From: a virus | IMG/VR virus record: IMGVR_UViG_3300020048_000014 | Coordinates: 1 to 64,000 of that record | Length of the DNA stretch: 64,000 nt | Reading direction: 5' to 3' (one strand) | In this document: in pieces, positions 50,639 through 60,967 of the stretch | How positions within the stretch are numbered: the stretch's first letter is position 1 | Layout: each line of letters starts with the position of its first letter | The notes under the pieces: model-generated | Database searches by the model: none | Seen by the model: only the letters and a program-made list of their open reading frames with translations | Told to the model about the DNA's origin: nothing | Program-made: the position numbers and the translations under genes

Positions 50639-51106
50639 TTATTCACCAGCAGGCACATCTAGCGACTTCAGGCCTAACTCACGTGCCTTTTCAATTTCAG
50701 CGAGCTGCACGGCAGTACTATTATTTGATAATAGTTTGGTGGTACCTGCCTGTGTTGCCGCGCTATGTGTAGTTACACGGGCACTGGTTGTTGCACCGTG
50801 GCGGGTTGTAGCTGCTGCAATTCCCGCACGATCAGTCATGCCAGACTGAGCGTAAGCTGTCTTAGCAACCGATCCAATAACATGTGCGCCATACGCCATA
50901 CCTGCAACCGTGGTGGCTCGTTGGAATGATTCTGAGTTGTTATTATTGGCAAGTGTAGAGCCAGTCGGACTGACTGTGACTCCTTCGGAATTTCCACCGA
51001 GAGATGCATATGTTGCATGTCCATTGGTTGGTGAGTTGGTGTGAACTAACGTGCATGACGTGAGTAACGCGATAAGCGCGATAAGTGCTACTGTGTTTGT
51101 TTTCAT
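50639..51106 (-). CDS. Predicted lipoprotein
   Basis: Signal peptide ending LLTSC. Confidence 0.7.
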   Translation of the reverse strand: MKTNTVALIALIALLTSCTLVHTNSPTNGHATYASLGGNSEGVTVSPTGSTLANNNNSESFQRATTVAGMAYGAHVIGSVAKTAYAQSGMTDRAGIAAATTRHGATTSARVTTHSAATQAGTTKLLSNNSTAVQLAEIEKARELGLKSLDVPAGE

Positions 51107-51135
51107 ATTATTATTATTTATAGAATTTGAAGATG

Positions 51136-51633
51136 TTATTTTAACATCACATTGTTTTCGAAACTGTTGCTCATTACAACACAGATATTAAACTGTGAAA
51201 TAGGTTGCGGAGGAGGCAGTTTGTATTGATAAATCGGTTCGTCATCTTGGCCATGTCCTATAATTTCTGCTATGTGAGAAAATGCAAAATTACCACCACC
51301 GATACCAAATCCTTGGGGAGCTGATAATTTAATAGGATTCAATTGAAAAGCTCCACGATAGAAAATTACTTCAAACTGATTATGATCTTTTTCATCAACT
51401 CTTCTACCAAAATAATCCAACCATACTATGTCACCTTCATAAATGTCAACGCCATTCTTATCAGTAACACCAGTCCATTGTTGAACGATGTATTCCTTGC
51501 CACCAGATCCATTTTGAAGATTGTGAAATTCACCGTTCAAAGAAAGAATATAATGCCCTTGGTATCCTTCATCACATTTGATGAATCGTTCATCAAGTTT
51601 ATCCCATACTCTAAATTTAATTTCTCTACTCAT
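51136..51633 (-). CDS. YopX-family protein
   Basis: Same motifs. Confidence 0.85.
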   Translation of the reverse strand: MSREIKFRVWDKLDERFIKCDEGYQGHYILSLNGEFHNLQNGSGGKEYIVQQWTGVTDKNGVDIYEGDIVWLDYFGRRVDEKDHNQFEVIFYRGAFQLNPIKLSAPQGFGIGGGNFAFSHIAEIIGHGQDDEPIYQYKLPPPQPISQFNICVVMSNSFENNVMLK

Positions 51634-51692
51634 GCTTCTAATAGTTCACTGTTTTCAGTTATCATATTTATTATAGTTATTATATTTCAATT

Positions 51693-51980
51693 TTAATCAA
51701 CAATCTCTTCTAAATCATCAGGAGATAAACTGGAGGTTCTTGTTATAGCATGTGAAATATCCCCAAATTTATAAGGGCATTTATACTTTTTCAATTCTTC
51801 TTTAATTTCGCTACTAATATCACAAGATCCCATAATAATATATTCTGGACACTCTTCTGTTACAAATGGTCGGTCTGATGCTATTACCATAGCCACAAGT
51901 GCCAGATATTTAGTTGTTCCATTGAGCGTAGCTGTTCCCCTATTGTACACCACTCCTTTAATAATATCTTTAGATCTCAT
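51693..51980 (-). CDS. Hypothetical protein
   Basis: 95-aa ATG ORF. Confidence 0.65.
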   Translation of the reverse strand: MRSKDIIKGVVYNRGTATLNGTTKYLALVAMVIASDRPFVTEECPEYIIMGSCDISSEIKEELKKYKCPYKFGDISHAITRTSSLSPDDLEEIVD

Positions 51981-52425
51981 TTATTTTGATTATTTCGTTT
52001 TCAGTTTTTAGCAATATTTTTTTAGCCACTTCCAACATATTCAATGCGAACGGGTCTGGTTGCTTTTCAAGTAAATCTTTATTTTCAAAAATGTTGCCGA
52101 TTACCTCGCATTCACCTCCTTGTAGGAAAGTGTCTATTAATTTCCATCCATTATAATCGTATCCATCATTTTCACTTCTCCATTCAACTACTACTTTGTC
52201 ATACTTTGGAGATTGATATGAGCCATCTTGATATTGAATGATATCTCCTTCGTAAATCTCTGTTTCATTTTTGTCTTTGATACCAGTGTATTGTTGAATT
52301 GTCAGTGTTTCTGGAATTTTAGGATCTCTAAATCTATCAAACCAATTCCAAGAATCATATTCTGAAACATCTGAAAATTCGTTTTCAGCTTTATCCCAGA
52401 CTCTAAATTTAAGTTCTCTGCTCAT
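51970..52425 (-). CDS. YopX-family protein
   Basis: Same motifs. Confidence 0.85.
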   Translation of the reverse strand: MSRELKFRVWDKAENEFSDVSEYDSWNWFDRFRDPKIPETLTIQQYTGIKDKNETEIYEGDIIQYQDGSYQSPKYDKVVVEWRSENDGYDYNGWKLIDTFLQGGECEVIGNIFENKDLLEKQPDPFALNMLEVAKKILLKTENEIIKINEI

Positions 52426-52779
52426 GCTTTTAATAGTTCTTCCTTTCTGGTGTTAATACTCTTCTCAAGATCATCTAATTTCTTAGTGATTTCTTTAGTC
52501 TTACCCATATCTTCCTGCTTTGCTAATTTGAAATATCGTTCTTTCAACGCGGAAAGAGTTTCATCATTTGCTATGATAGCTTCTTCTTGTTCAGTCATAA
52601 AATTCCATATCCTGCTTTTTTCCGTATAGTGATTTATGCCTCGATAGCATCGATGCGTCTGTATATCCCTGATCATAACAAGATTTTCCTAAATCTTGCA
52701 TTTTTTCTCGAATATCATCTATCTCTTCGGTTGAATATCCCCAAGTTTCGTATAACTGTTTAAGTAATTGTATCAACAT
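52422..52779 (-). other. Two small hypothetical genes
   Basis: 52422-52676 (true start probably later), 52591-52779. Confidence 0.6.
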
Positions 52780-52814
52780 GTTTTTATTATAGTGTAGTGT
52801 TTAATAAATTAAAT

Positions 52815-53366
52815 TTATTCTTCTTCATGTTCAAATGCTATTTCTATTTTTTTAATTAATTCTTCTAGTGTGATATCAAGACCTTCTTGAAAATATCGCA
52901 CATCAAAATTATTAACTTGGACTAGTTTCTCTGGGGCCAATCCATACAAAAAATTAACTTTATTATTAATTCCAGATCTATGAAATGAATAGTTTTCATT
53001 ATCGACTAATACACAATTCTTGTCTCTAAATCTTGGAACGGTATAGTTTATATCCTCGCGTGTAAATGTATTACTTGGAGGAATTCCTATATTGAGTAAA
53101 TTCGCAGATCTTAAAACGTAATCACATGATCCCCATGATAAAATACACACATTATCCAGTCCAAGAGTCATCTGGAAATATTTGATTAGTTCTTTCGACC
53201 AAGATCTAATAAATGACACATACCAACTGTCATTGGGTAATTGAAATTTTACACCGTGCCAATACTCGCCATATCTATCTATGAGTTCATCTGCATGTTT
53301 TTCGTTGGTCGCATATAAAGATGAACATAAAGTTTCATCATAATCTAATACTAGTATGTTGCTCAT
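52815..53366 (-). CDS. HAD-superfamily (NIF/FCP1-like) phosphatase
   Basis: LVLDYDETL, LVDNE. Confidence 0.72.
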   Translation of the reverse strand: MSNILVLDYDETLCSSLYATNEKHADELIDRYGEYWHGVKFQLPNDSWYVSFIRSWSKELIKYFQMTLGLDNVCILSWGSCDYVLRSANLLNIGIPPSNTFTREDINYTVPRFRDKNCVLVDNENYSFHRSGINNKVNFLYGLAPEKLVQVNNFDVRYFQEGLDITLEELIKKIEIAFEHEEE

Positions 53367-54091
53367 AATTTATATTCAATGTTTGCGTCAAATTCAAATA
53401 GCTCATTGATATCCAAACATCTATAATAGATATTATTTTCTTCTTGTCGAATTGCATTGTGATAGTGACCGCTGAAAATTGTTTTGACCCCTGAATCCTT
53501 TACGATATTGCTCATATTAATTCTTTGAGAATTGCAATCTTCTATCAGAAGTGGGTCTTTTTCGATAGCCCATTGAAATCTTTCTCCGAGAGAATTTGTC
53601 GAATGATTAAAATATTCAGGACAATCATGTGAAAACATAATATCACATTTCTCTAAATGTTGTAAAGTGGGTGTCGGTTCCTCGACCCAATAATCTACAC
53701 CATTTGTTCGCATACACCTATCAACACTTATACCACCCCCGACAAATAAAACTTTTTTATTGTTTGGAAAAATTCCAATATCACCAGACTGAATCAAAAA
53801 CACATTCGAATAACTTTGGGGAAGTCTCCAAACATCTGGATTATCGTGGTTTCCCGGTGCCAGATAACAGTTAATATTATTTTTTTTACATAGATTATTG
53901 ATACGAGAGAGCCAAGATTTGGCGTTGTCTATGGAATATGATGGATTACCAAATCCCCACCCACCGTCCCCGATTTGATAATAATCATTTCCTTCAGGAA
54001 TTTTTTCATTCAAGGTATGATATATTACAGAGATATCGTGAGTGTCTCCTTGAAGTATTATTGTGTTTTTTCTAAAATTATATTTTCTCAT
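53363..54091 (-). CDS. Calcineurin-like metallophosphoesterase (start revised)
   Basis: GDTH, GD, GNHDN, SHDCP, GHYH. Confidence 0.85.
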   Translation of the reverse strand: MRKYNFRKNTIILQGDTHDISVIYHTLNEKIPEGNDYYQIGDGGWGFGNPSYSIDNAKSWLSRINNLCKKNNINCYLAPGNHDNPDVWRLPQSYSNVFLIQSGDIGIFPNNKKVLFVGGGISVDRCMRTNGVDYWVEEPTPTLQHLEKCDIMFSHDCPEYFNHSTNSLGERFQWAIEKDPLLIEDCNSQRINMSNIVKDSGVKTIFSGHYHNAIRQEENNIYYRCLDINELFEFDANIEYKL

Positions 54092-54131
54092 ATATGAATT
54101 GTATTTCGTGGTCTTCACGATAAATAATACC

Positions 54132-54959
54132 ATGAATATAGATATAAATCAAGCTGATAGTTGTTATTTATTGGGATATTTTTGGGCTGATTGCTTTTTC
54201 GGTGCAACCAATATAGAAAAGGATTATTATAATTTTTCATTTGAAATAAAAACTTCAGATTTTATTCAAATATGGCCTATGTTACAACATATGGGATTTG
54301 AAAAATACAGCACCCGTAAAAGAAAAAATTCTAAAAATTCTCAATCGTGTGTTCGTCTCTACCAGAGAGAACAATTATCTTTTTTTAAAACTTATAATTT
54401 TCACAAAAAATACGATGAATGTACATTATATTTTTCTTTAACCGATGAAATGAAAATTTATTTTGTTAAGGGATTTCTGGACGGGGATGGTAGTATTTCC
54501 ATAGATAAAAATGGTTTATTTAGAATAGGTTTCAATGGTCCTTATCATCAAAACTGGAACTTTCTTGAACATTTTTGTAATACATATAACATAAAATATG
54601 TGATATATAGAAAGGAGAGAGTTTCACGCCACGAAACCCATGTTAAAAATATTCATAAATATTCAGTATTCGAATTTACCAATAGAGAAAATAGATTAAA
54701 TTTTTGTGAAATATTTAAAGATATAAATATTGGATTAACTAGAAAATTTAAAGTTTTTGAGAATTATAAAAACTGGCTAAGTTCTAATCAAAAACCATCT
54801 AGAATAATTTCCACTGGGATTTCTATAAATCCAAAATATAATACTTTTATAGTGTATTCAATCACATCGCCGCAAACTCCTAGAACGTATATAGGCACAT
54901 TCAAAACTCTAGAGGAGGCTATTACTGCTCAGAATAATTTCAATATTCAATTTCCATAG
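54132..54959 (+). CDS. Double-motif LAGLIDADG homing endonuclease-like protein (start revised)
   Basis: YLLGYFWADC and FVKGFLDGDGSI; TAAATA upstream. Confidence 0.8.
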   Translation: MNIDINQADSCYLLGYFWADCFFGATNIEKDYYNFSFEIKTSDFIQIWPMLQHMGFEKYSTRKRKNSKNSQSCVRLYQREQLSFFKTYNFHKKYDECTLYFSLTDEMKIYFVKGFLDGDGSISIDKNGLFRIGFNGPYHQNWNFLEHFCNTYNIKYVIYRKERVSRHETHVKNIHKYSVFEFTNRENRLNFCEIFKDINIGLTRKFKVFENYKNWLSSNQKPSRIISTGISINPKYNTFIVYSITSPQTPRTYIGTFKTLEEAITAQNNFNIQFP

Positions 54960-55133
54960 AGTCCAAAATATCTCTAGCCATCGTTATTTGACCATCTTCG
55001 AATCCCATATAATATGCATCATCTACATTACCACCACTATAGTCGTAAACACAAAAATCTTCATCATCCCCCGATATTTTTCGTTTAGCGGTTAAAATAC
55101 ACCATCTGCTAAAATTCATGACTGAATTATGTC

Positions 55134-55739
55134 TTAGTGTTTAATCAATGGTCGAGCACTCTCGAATATCCCCTTAATTATGGGTCTAGCGATCCCATTT
55201 GCACTATGAACGTAATACGTGGGTAGAGGGTGCTGAAACTCCTTACAACGCTCACATAACCATGCTGCACAATGCGCCCCAGTTTTGATTGAAGAGTTTT
55301 CCCAATCAATCATCTGAAACATTTTTCGGACATCTTCTTCTGGGACGTTACTACATTCTGGAATCCACAAATCATTATCGAATGATACTACTTGTGGAAT
55401 TCCATGAGTTTCGACATAAGTCACGAATTCATCATACGATCTTACTATATCCCATTTAAAATTAGCGATGCCAGAAACTTGTTGAAGAGTTTTATTTTCA
55501 TCCCAAATGAAAGCATGTTGCGGGATTCGGTCATCATCAAGGAAGAGAGATCGTTGAGGTTTATGATTATCCGCCTCTACATTTTCGATTACCGATGAAA
55601 AATCATTTGAAAATTTTGTATATGAATCATACTTTTTATTTTTCATATTATCCCATAATGGGCTATTTCTATACGCTGAATGATCAGATATTCGGCAATC
55701 CGATCCTTTGCCCCCGTGCCATTGTTTAGGTTTCGCCAT
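55134..55739 (-). CDS. Receiver-like (cyclic-phosphate processing) domain protein
   Basis: LFLDDDR.P, SFDNDL, TG...A.WL, VHSAN. Confidence 0.7.
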   Translation of the reverse strand: MAKPKQWHGGKGSDCRISDHSAYRNSPLWDNMKNKKYDSYTKFSNDFSSVIENVEADNHKPQRSLFLDDDRIPQHAFIWDENKTLQQVSGIANFKWDIVRSYDEFVTYVETHGIPQVVSFDNDLWIPECSNVPEEDVRKMFQMIDWENSSIKTGAHCAAWLCERCKEFQHPLPTYYVHSANGIARPIIKGIFESARPLIKH

Positions 55740-56669
55740 CTGATTTATCTAAATCCTCCTGTTCGATCTTTTCTAATTCCTTTCGAATTTCTTCTCTTAC
55801 AAATTTTTCACCTTCTTCCAATGATTCAATCGGAAAATAATCTTCCATCGATCCATATTCGCTATGTTTTAAATCCCATACTATTCTATTATCATAGAGC
55901 ATAGGATGTAATTGGTATTGGAAGCGGGAATTTTTGTTCCCGTAATATGACCTATGACATAATATATCGTTACCATTATCATCATCGATAACTTCCCAAA
56001 AATCTTTTTTCAAAGATTTGACTTTGCTAATATCAATTTCCATAATATTTTCATCTTCATCATTTTTAGAAAATTTTATAATGTCTCGGTCCACTAACGA
56101 TTGACCAGTTTCAACCATAATCTCATTTCCTGACCAATATGACTGTGAATCAATATCCATATTTTTTAATGAATATAACACGAAAATCGCTCCTATATCT
56201 TCCAGTGATAATTCACATTCTGCTAATTCTTTAGGTAAAATTATATCATTCATGATAAATATCGGATAGTTTTTTTCCGTAACCTTCTAAATATTCTTCA
56301 AATGAATTTTGCTCAGTAGTATGATTAAAAATATAATCAAATAACCAATCTTCACCATCTTCCAATAAGTCCAGATTATCTAAAAGAATATCAAAGTATT
56401 GGGTTTGAATCTTTGACATTTCCCTGACAAGATATTTTATATTATTCAGTAGTATTATTTGTTCTTCTTTCATATAGTTATTATTGACAATTCTTCATCC
56501 ACCAAAAACTTATTTCAGCGTCGAAATCTTTTTTAGATTTTATCGTTCCCGGATTTACAAAAATATAAGTCTCTGGTCGTTCCAGATCATTCCCCCAAAC
56601 TTCAATCACATCTACATCATTCATAATGAAACTATAATTACCCACAACCCCTTCGTATTTCTCACTCAT
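55726..56669 (-). other. Three hypothetical genes
   Basis: 55726-56253, 56246-56473, 56481-56669. Confidence 0.72.
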
Positions 56670-56693
56670 TGTTTTTTATCATTTTATATTTAT

Positions 56694-57605
56694 TCATAAT
56701 CTAGTCAACACATTTTTTACTAAAGTTTTAAACCTATAGGTAGCAGCATTATTTGGTAATTTTTTACTAGAGTCATCACTCAGCCAATACTCAATAATAA
56801 CTGCAAAAAACTCATCAAAATTAATCAATCCATATTGTGGAAACCCTAGTTTTTCTGATATTTTTTTTCTTAATATATCAGCTTCCCTAACACTCACAGT
56901 ATTTCGAATATCACTCGGCTCAAGTGATGTCTTCTTCTTTTTAGATTTTTTCCAGTAAATGTCAAGTAAATCTTTGTAAGATTTTTCTAAAAGTTGATTT
57001 GTTTGTGTCGGAATTAATCCGACCACGAAGTGTGCGAATTCGTGAATCCACAAATCGATATTATCGATTTGATTTTGATCGATAAAAATTAATCTATCAA
57101 AATAAATGCCCGGTGGATTTTTTGAATACAATCCTTTAAATTTAGGGTTTTTATATGAATTGGTTATAACTATTTTCGGTTTTCGATTCGGCATTATTCC
57201 TCTAGTCTTCAATAAAAGTTTACTGATCATTTTTGGAAGTATATACATTTTATATTCATCATTCTTAAAATTCTCGTCTACATATTTATCGAGAAATATT
57301 TGAATGCCTTGCACTTCTAATATTTTTTCATATTCCGAAGTTTTCGCTCGTTGGTATGAATTTTGATATTCATCAGCTAATTGATTCAACCATGAATCCG
57401 CCCTTTGGGGGAAGGTTTTCCGCAATTCTAAATAGTCTGTCTTAATTTTAAGGTTTTTTGAGTCGTTGGATAAATCTCCATTGAGAATATAATTTTTCCA
57501 CTCGCTTGCTTTATCAGTGCCGTCGCCTCTCGTAGGACTTATTCCGATGAGGGATTTCTTCCTCAGTGGATTTTTTATTTTTTCAAGAAGACTATAGAAA
57601 TTCAT
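56694..57605 (-). CDS. Zinc-metallopeptidase-motif protein
   Basis: HEFAH (HExxH) and downstream EFFA; TAAATA upstream. Confidence 0.65.
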   Translation of the reverse strand: MNFYSLLEKIKNPLRKKSLIGISPTRGDGTDKASEWKNYILNGDLSNDSKNLKIKTDYLELRKTFPQRADSWLNQLADEYQNSYQRAKTSEYEKILEVQGIQIFLDKYVDENFKNDEYKMYILPKMISKLLLKTRGIMPNRKPKIVITNSYKNPKFKGLYSKNPPGIYFDRLIFIDQNQIDNIDLWIHEFAHFVVGLIPTQTNQLLEKSYKDLLDIYWKKSKKKKTSLEPSDIRNTVSVREADILRKKISEKLGFPQYGLINFDEFFAVIIEYWLSDDSSKKLPNNAATYRFKTLVKNVLTRL

Positions 57606-57622
57606 GTAAAATATTTAATCTA

Positions 57623-58604
57623 TTAACAATAAGCTCGAATAGCTTCTAGCTTATTTTCAGCTTCTGCTGCCATTTGAATAGCGGCATCCCATTTATTTTC
57701 CCATCCAATTATATCAGTCTCCAGCACCATATTTTTATCGTGGAGTTTATCCACAATATCTAGTGCTCTTTCCCATCCAACAGAAGCAATGTGGAGTTGA
57801 GATTCCAAAAAATTGATTTTATTTGTTAGATCGAAAACATCATTCGCAAAATTTGCATTAGCTTCTCTTAAGACTTCTAAATCTTTAGGTAGACATGGTA
57901 GTCTGCTAAATTCGACAAGGTGATCTGTATATGCCCGAAGGTGTTCGACTTCTTCTAACAAAGATTCCTCAACTGTGGAACCGTCATTGTAATCTTCAAG
58001 CTGTTTATCGATATATTCTTCAATCGCATTCCTCAACATATTGCCAAATTCATTGGCGGTAGGAATATCTTTTTCAGAATCAACATTGAATCCACCAATC
58101 TTATAATAATCCATCATCTCGGTGAGTAAATTTTGGAATTCGTGTAGTGTATCAGTATTTTCCACTAGATCGAGATATTGATCTCGCATTAATGTAATGG
58201 GGATATTTGGTCGAGTAGAGATCATATTAGTAGAGGTCATAAAGACATTATACATGAGCAATTGATGATGTCAATTCTAAAATTGATTCATCTTCCACTT
58301 CTTCCAATTTGTAAACGCTATTCATTGTTTCAAATCCATCTTCAGTGATTGAAGTGATTTTAGATGTAGAGAATCTACCCCTTGAGAGGGTGCCATTCCT
58401 GATCCAACGATCCATTACTAGAAAACTTCCAATTTCTGGCTTCTGCGTAATTTCCCCCAACACCCAGTATTCCACATTTGGTGAAAGATGATTATCATCG
58501 ATTCCGTGTAGGCCAGATACAACGGATTCACGATACTCGTCGTGATTACTTGCTGTTTTAACTTGGGGATTTTCTACCGCTTTTATCTTGGTTAGCTTGT
58601 GCAT
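57623..58604 (-). other. Two hypothetical genes
   Basis: 57623-58261 (coiled-coil), 58248-58604. Confidence 0.72.
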
Positions 58605-58639
58605 GGACTCGATTATGGACTAGTGTTTAATCAATAATA

Positions 58640-59698
58640 TCAAGCCTTGATTGTTCGACCAAGGGTGGAAATATTTGCAACACCATTGTTGATGTAAACT
58701 TGTTCGACTCCAAAAGTTTCTTCAGAAAGTGAAACAATATTAAATCCTTGTTGCCAGTTACAAGCGGTTCCATATAATGCATTTAAATCACATAAGCACC
58801 CACTCTCAATTCCTATCAATTGTCTCTCTCCTCGTCCAGCAATATCTGGAATTCTCTTACAACTGGAACCAATTCTATGGGTATGGCCATGCATAATGCT
58901 CGCACCCCATTTATTAATCTCTCCCAAACATGATGCCCCACCATTACCACGAACAGTTTCACCATGGGTAACAATAAGACCATTGAGGTTTACATAATCC
59001 ACATGTTCGATCTTGTGTTGATAATCTCCCATGAAAACATTTTCATATGAGAGAATTTCTGCAATATTCGAAAGACTAGAAAGTTCACCAATCCGATCAG
59101 ATAAATAACGTCTCCATCTGCCACCAATACTTTGACCGCTATGATTGCTGACAGTTTCATATATTTTTGCACCATCTGCGACTCCAATGAGTTCATCTAA
59201 AAATGCGTGATAATCTTCTCTTTCGGATTGCAGTGACCAACTTTTCTTCAAGTCTTTTGGATATTTAGAAATAGCCAAGAAGTCCATTGTGTCCCCATTA
59301 AGAATGATTGTTTTTGGTTTTAATTGAAAAATAGTCTCCAAGAAAATATCAATAGCCTTTTGATCATGGCAACCAAAGTGAAAATCTGATCCAACTACTG
59401 CATAGTCATTTAGGGTCGCAGTCGATTCATTATCGTATCGAGGAGATACTTTTATCGGTGCTAATTGAGCAAGGAATTCTAAAACTTCATCTTCCGTCTT
59501 TTTGAATCGTGTTGGCTTATCCCTCTGTAAATTATCATTACTATACCCAACGATAGTTGGCTCGACATTTAGTTCATCTAAATAACGGTTATACCATCCT
59601 TGAGCGGTTGACTTAGCTACTCCAAAATCTTCATAAATTTGGGAATAAGTCATACCATTTAATCTGCTGTTTACTACTTGTTCTTTAACACTACTCAT
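58640..59698 (-). CDS. Metallophosphoesterase with N-terminal HTH
   Basis: GSDFH, NGD, SNH, THG, GHTH. Confidence 0.82.
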   Translation of the reverse strand: MSSVKEQVVNSRLNGMTYSQIYEDFGVAKSTAQGWYNRYLDELNVEPTIVGYSNDNLQRDKPTRFKKTEDEVLEFLAQLAPIKVSPRYDNESTATLNDYAVVGSDFHFGCHDQKAIDIFLETIFQLKPKTIILNGDTMDFLAISKYPKDLKKSWSLQSEREDYHAFLDELIGVADGAKIYETVSNHSGQSIGGRWRRYLSDRIGELSSLSNIAEILSYENVFMGDYQHKIEHVDYVNLNGLIVTHGETVRGNGGASCLGEINKWGASIMHGHTHRIGSSCKRIPDIAGRGERQLIGIESGCLCDLNALYGTACNWQQGFNIVSLSEETFGVEQVYINNGVANISTLGRTIKA

Positions 59699-59706
59699 AA
59701 TATATT

Positions 59707-59937
59707 TTATTTTATTGAATCCATTGAAAATCTCAAATCGTTAAGAAATTTCATTGTATCTGCTTGTGATGGTTTGCTGTAAAGACTGTCCAATTCATCC
59801 TTTGCTTCCTCAAAGGTATCATGCGAGGAGTGAATGTCAACATGTTTATTGTTCATGTTTTTTTGAAGGATAACATAAGACCCATCTCGTTGAGGTTGAA
59901 TTTTATATTTCACATGTTCCTTAAACTTCGCAGTCAT
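59707..59937 (-). CDS. Hypothetical protein
   Basis: 76-aa ATG ORF. Confidence 0.7.
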   Translation of the reverse strand: MTAKFKEHVKYKIQPQRDGSYVILQKNMNNKHVDIHSSHDTFEEAKDELDSLYSKPSQADTMKFLNDLRFSMDSIK

Positions 59938-59947
59938 TTTATATTAT

Positions 59948-60949
59948 TTAGCTATAATGCTGAATAGTTTCACGCAATCCTTTGAAATAAGGAGTCAATT
60001 CAAACTCTCTATTATAGAGATTGCTATGTAACGCATATCTAAAGTCGTGTCCTTTTCTGTCATCGACAAATTCTATATAATCATTCAAAGATTTATCGTC
60101 TGAAACTTTTAAAATGCCTAGGATATCTTGAATTAATTGTAAATTAGTTTTTTCTACCCCAGATCCAATGTTGTATGATTCTCCAGATTTTCCCATTTCG
60201 CATATTTCAAGAATAGATTTATTATGATCGTCTACATGAATCCATTCTCTGATATTCGAACCATTGCCATATACAGGAATCTTTTTTCCTTCATTAATAG
60301 AACGAATAACTGTTGGGATAAATTTCTCTGAATGTTGCCAAGGACCGTAGTTATTACAACATCTGGTTGTAATAATATCTAAATTATACGTCGAGTGATA
60401 TGCCTTAGCTATCAAATCCGCTGAAGCTTTGGATGCTGAATATGGACTTCTCGGTTCAATTGGTGATTCTTCAGTAAATGGTGGATCATTTAAATTCAAA
60501 TGTCCAAATACTTCGTCAGTTGAGATATTAATTATTCTCGCTTGTGATTGATGTAGCCTGACATATTCTAATAATGAAGACATTCCAATTACATTATTAG
60601 ATATAAATTCTAGAGGTGAATTAATAGACCTGTCAACATGTGACTCCGCTGCGAAATGAAATACATAGTCATAAGGACCATAGTAATTTGCGGATGTTAA
60701 TATGGGCATGTGCCACAACTCTCGTAAATCCGATTTTAATTCATTATACTGAATATTGTTATTTTTTGGTTTAGAAATGTCCCGACTACCAATTCCTCGC
60801 TTATCTATGTTAAAGATTTTAACATCCGAGTAATTTTCTAAAACATAGTCGATAAAATTACTACCAATGAATCCATTCCCCCCTGTGCATAAAACCGTTT
60901 TTCCTGAAAGATCTACCATATGTTCTAATTTACCATTGATTTTCGACAA
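59948..60949 (-). CDS. rmlB: dTDP-glucose 4,6-dehydratase
   Basis: TGGNGFIG, HFAAESHVDRSI, STDEVFG, YSASK, NNYGPWQH.EKFIP, DRKGHDFRY. Confidence 0.93.
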   Translation of the reverse strand: MSKINGKLEHMVDLSGKTVLCTGGNGFIGSNFIDYVLENYSDVKIFNIDKRGIGSRDISKPKNNNIQYNELKSDLRELWHMPILTSANYYGPYDYVFHFAAESHVDRSINSPLEFISNNVIGMSSLLEYVRLHQSQARIINISTDEVFGHLNLNDPPFTEESPIEPRSPYSASKASADLIAKAYHSTYNLDIITTRCCNNYGPWQHSEKFIPTVIRSINEGKKIPVYGNGSNIREWIHVDDHNKSILEICEMGKSGESYNIGSGVEKTNLQLIQDILGILKVSDDKSLNDYIEFVDDRKGHDFRYALHSNLYNREFELTPYFKGLRETIQHYS

Positions 60950-60967
60950 GTCAAGTTAAATATCATT

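Larger units (their letters stand above)
9590..58630 (-). promoter_or_regulatory. Dispersed phage promoter motif TTGATWAAACACTA-N3-TA(T/G/C)AAT-N6-ATG, about 50 copies by eye
   Basis: Top-strand tagtgttt recurs just upstream of minus-strand starts; 10903-10933 and 11085-11115 are identical copies. Confidence 0.85.
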
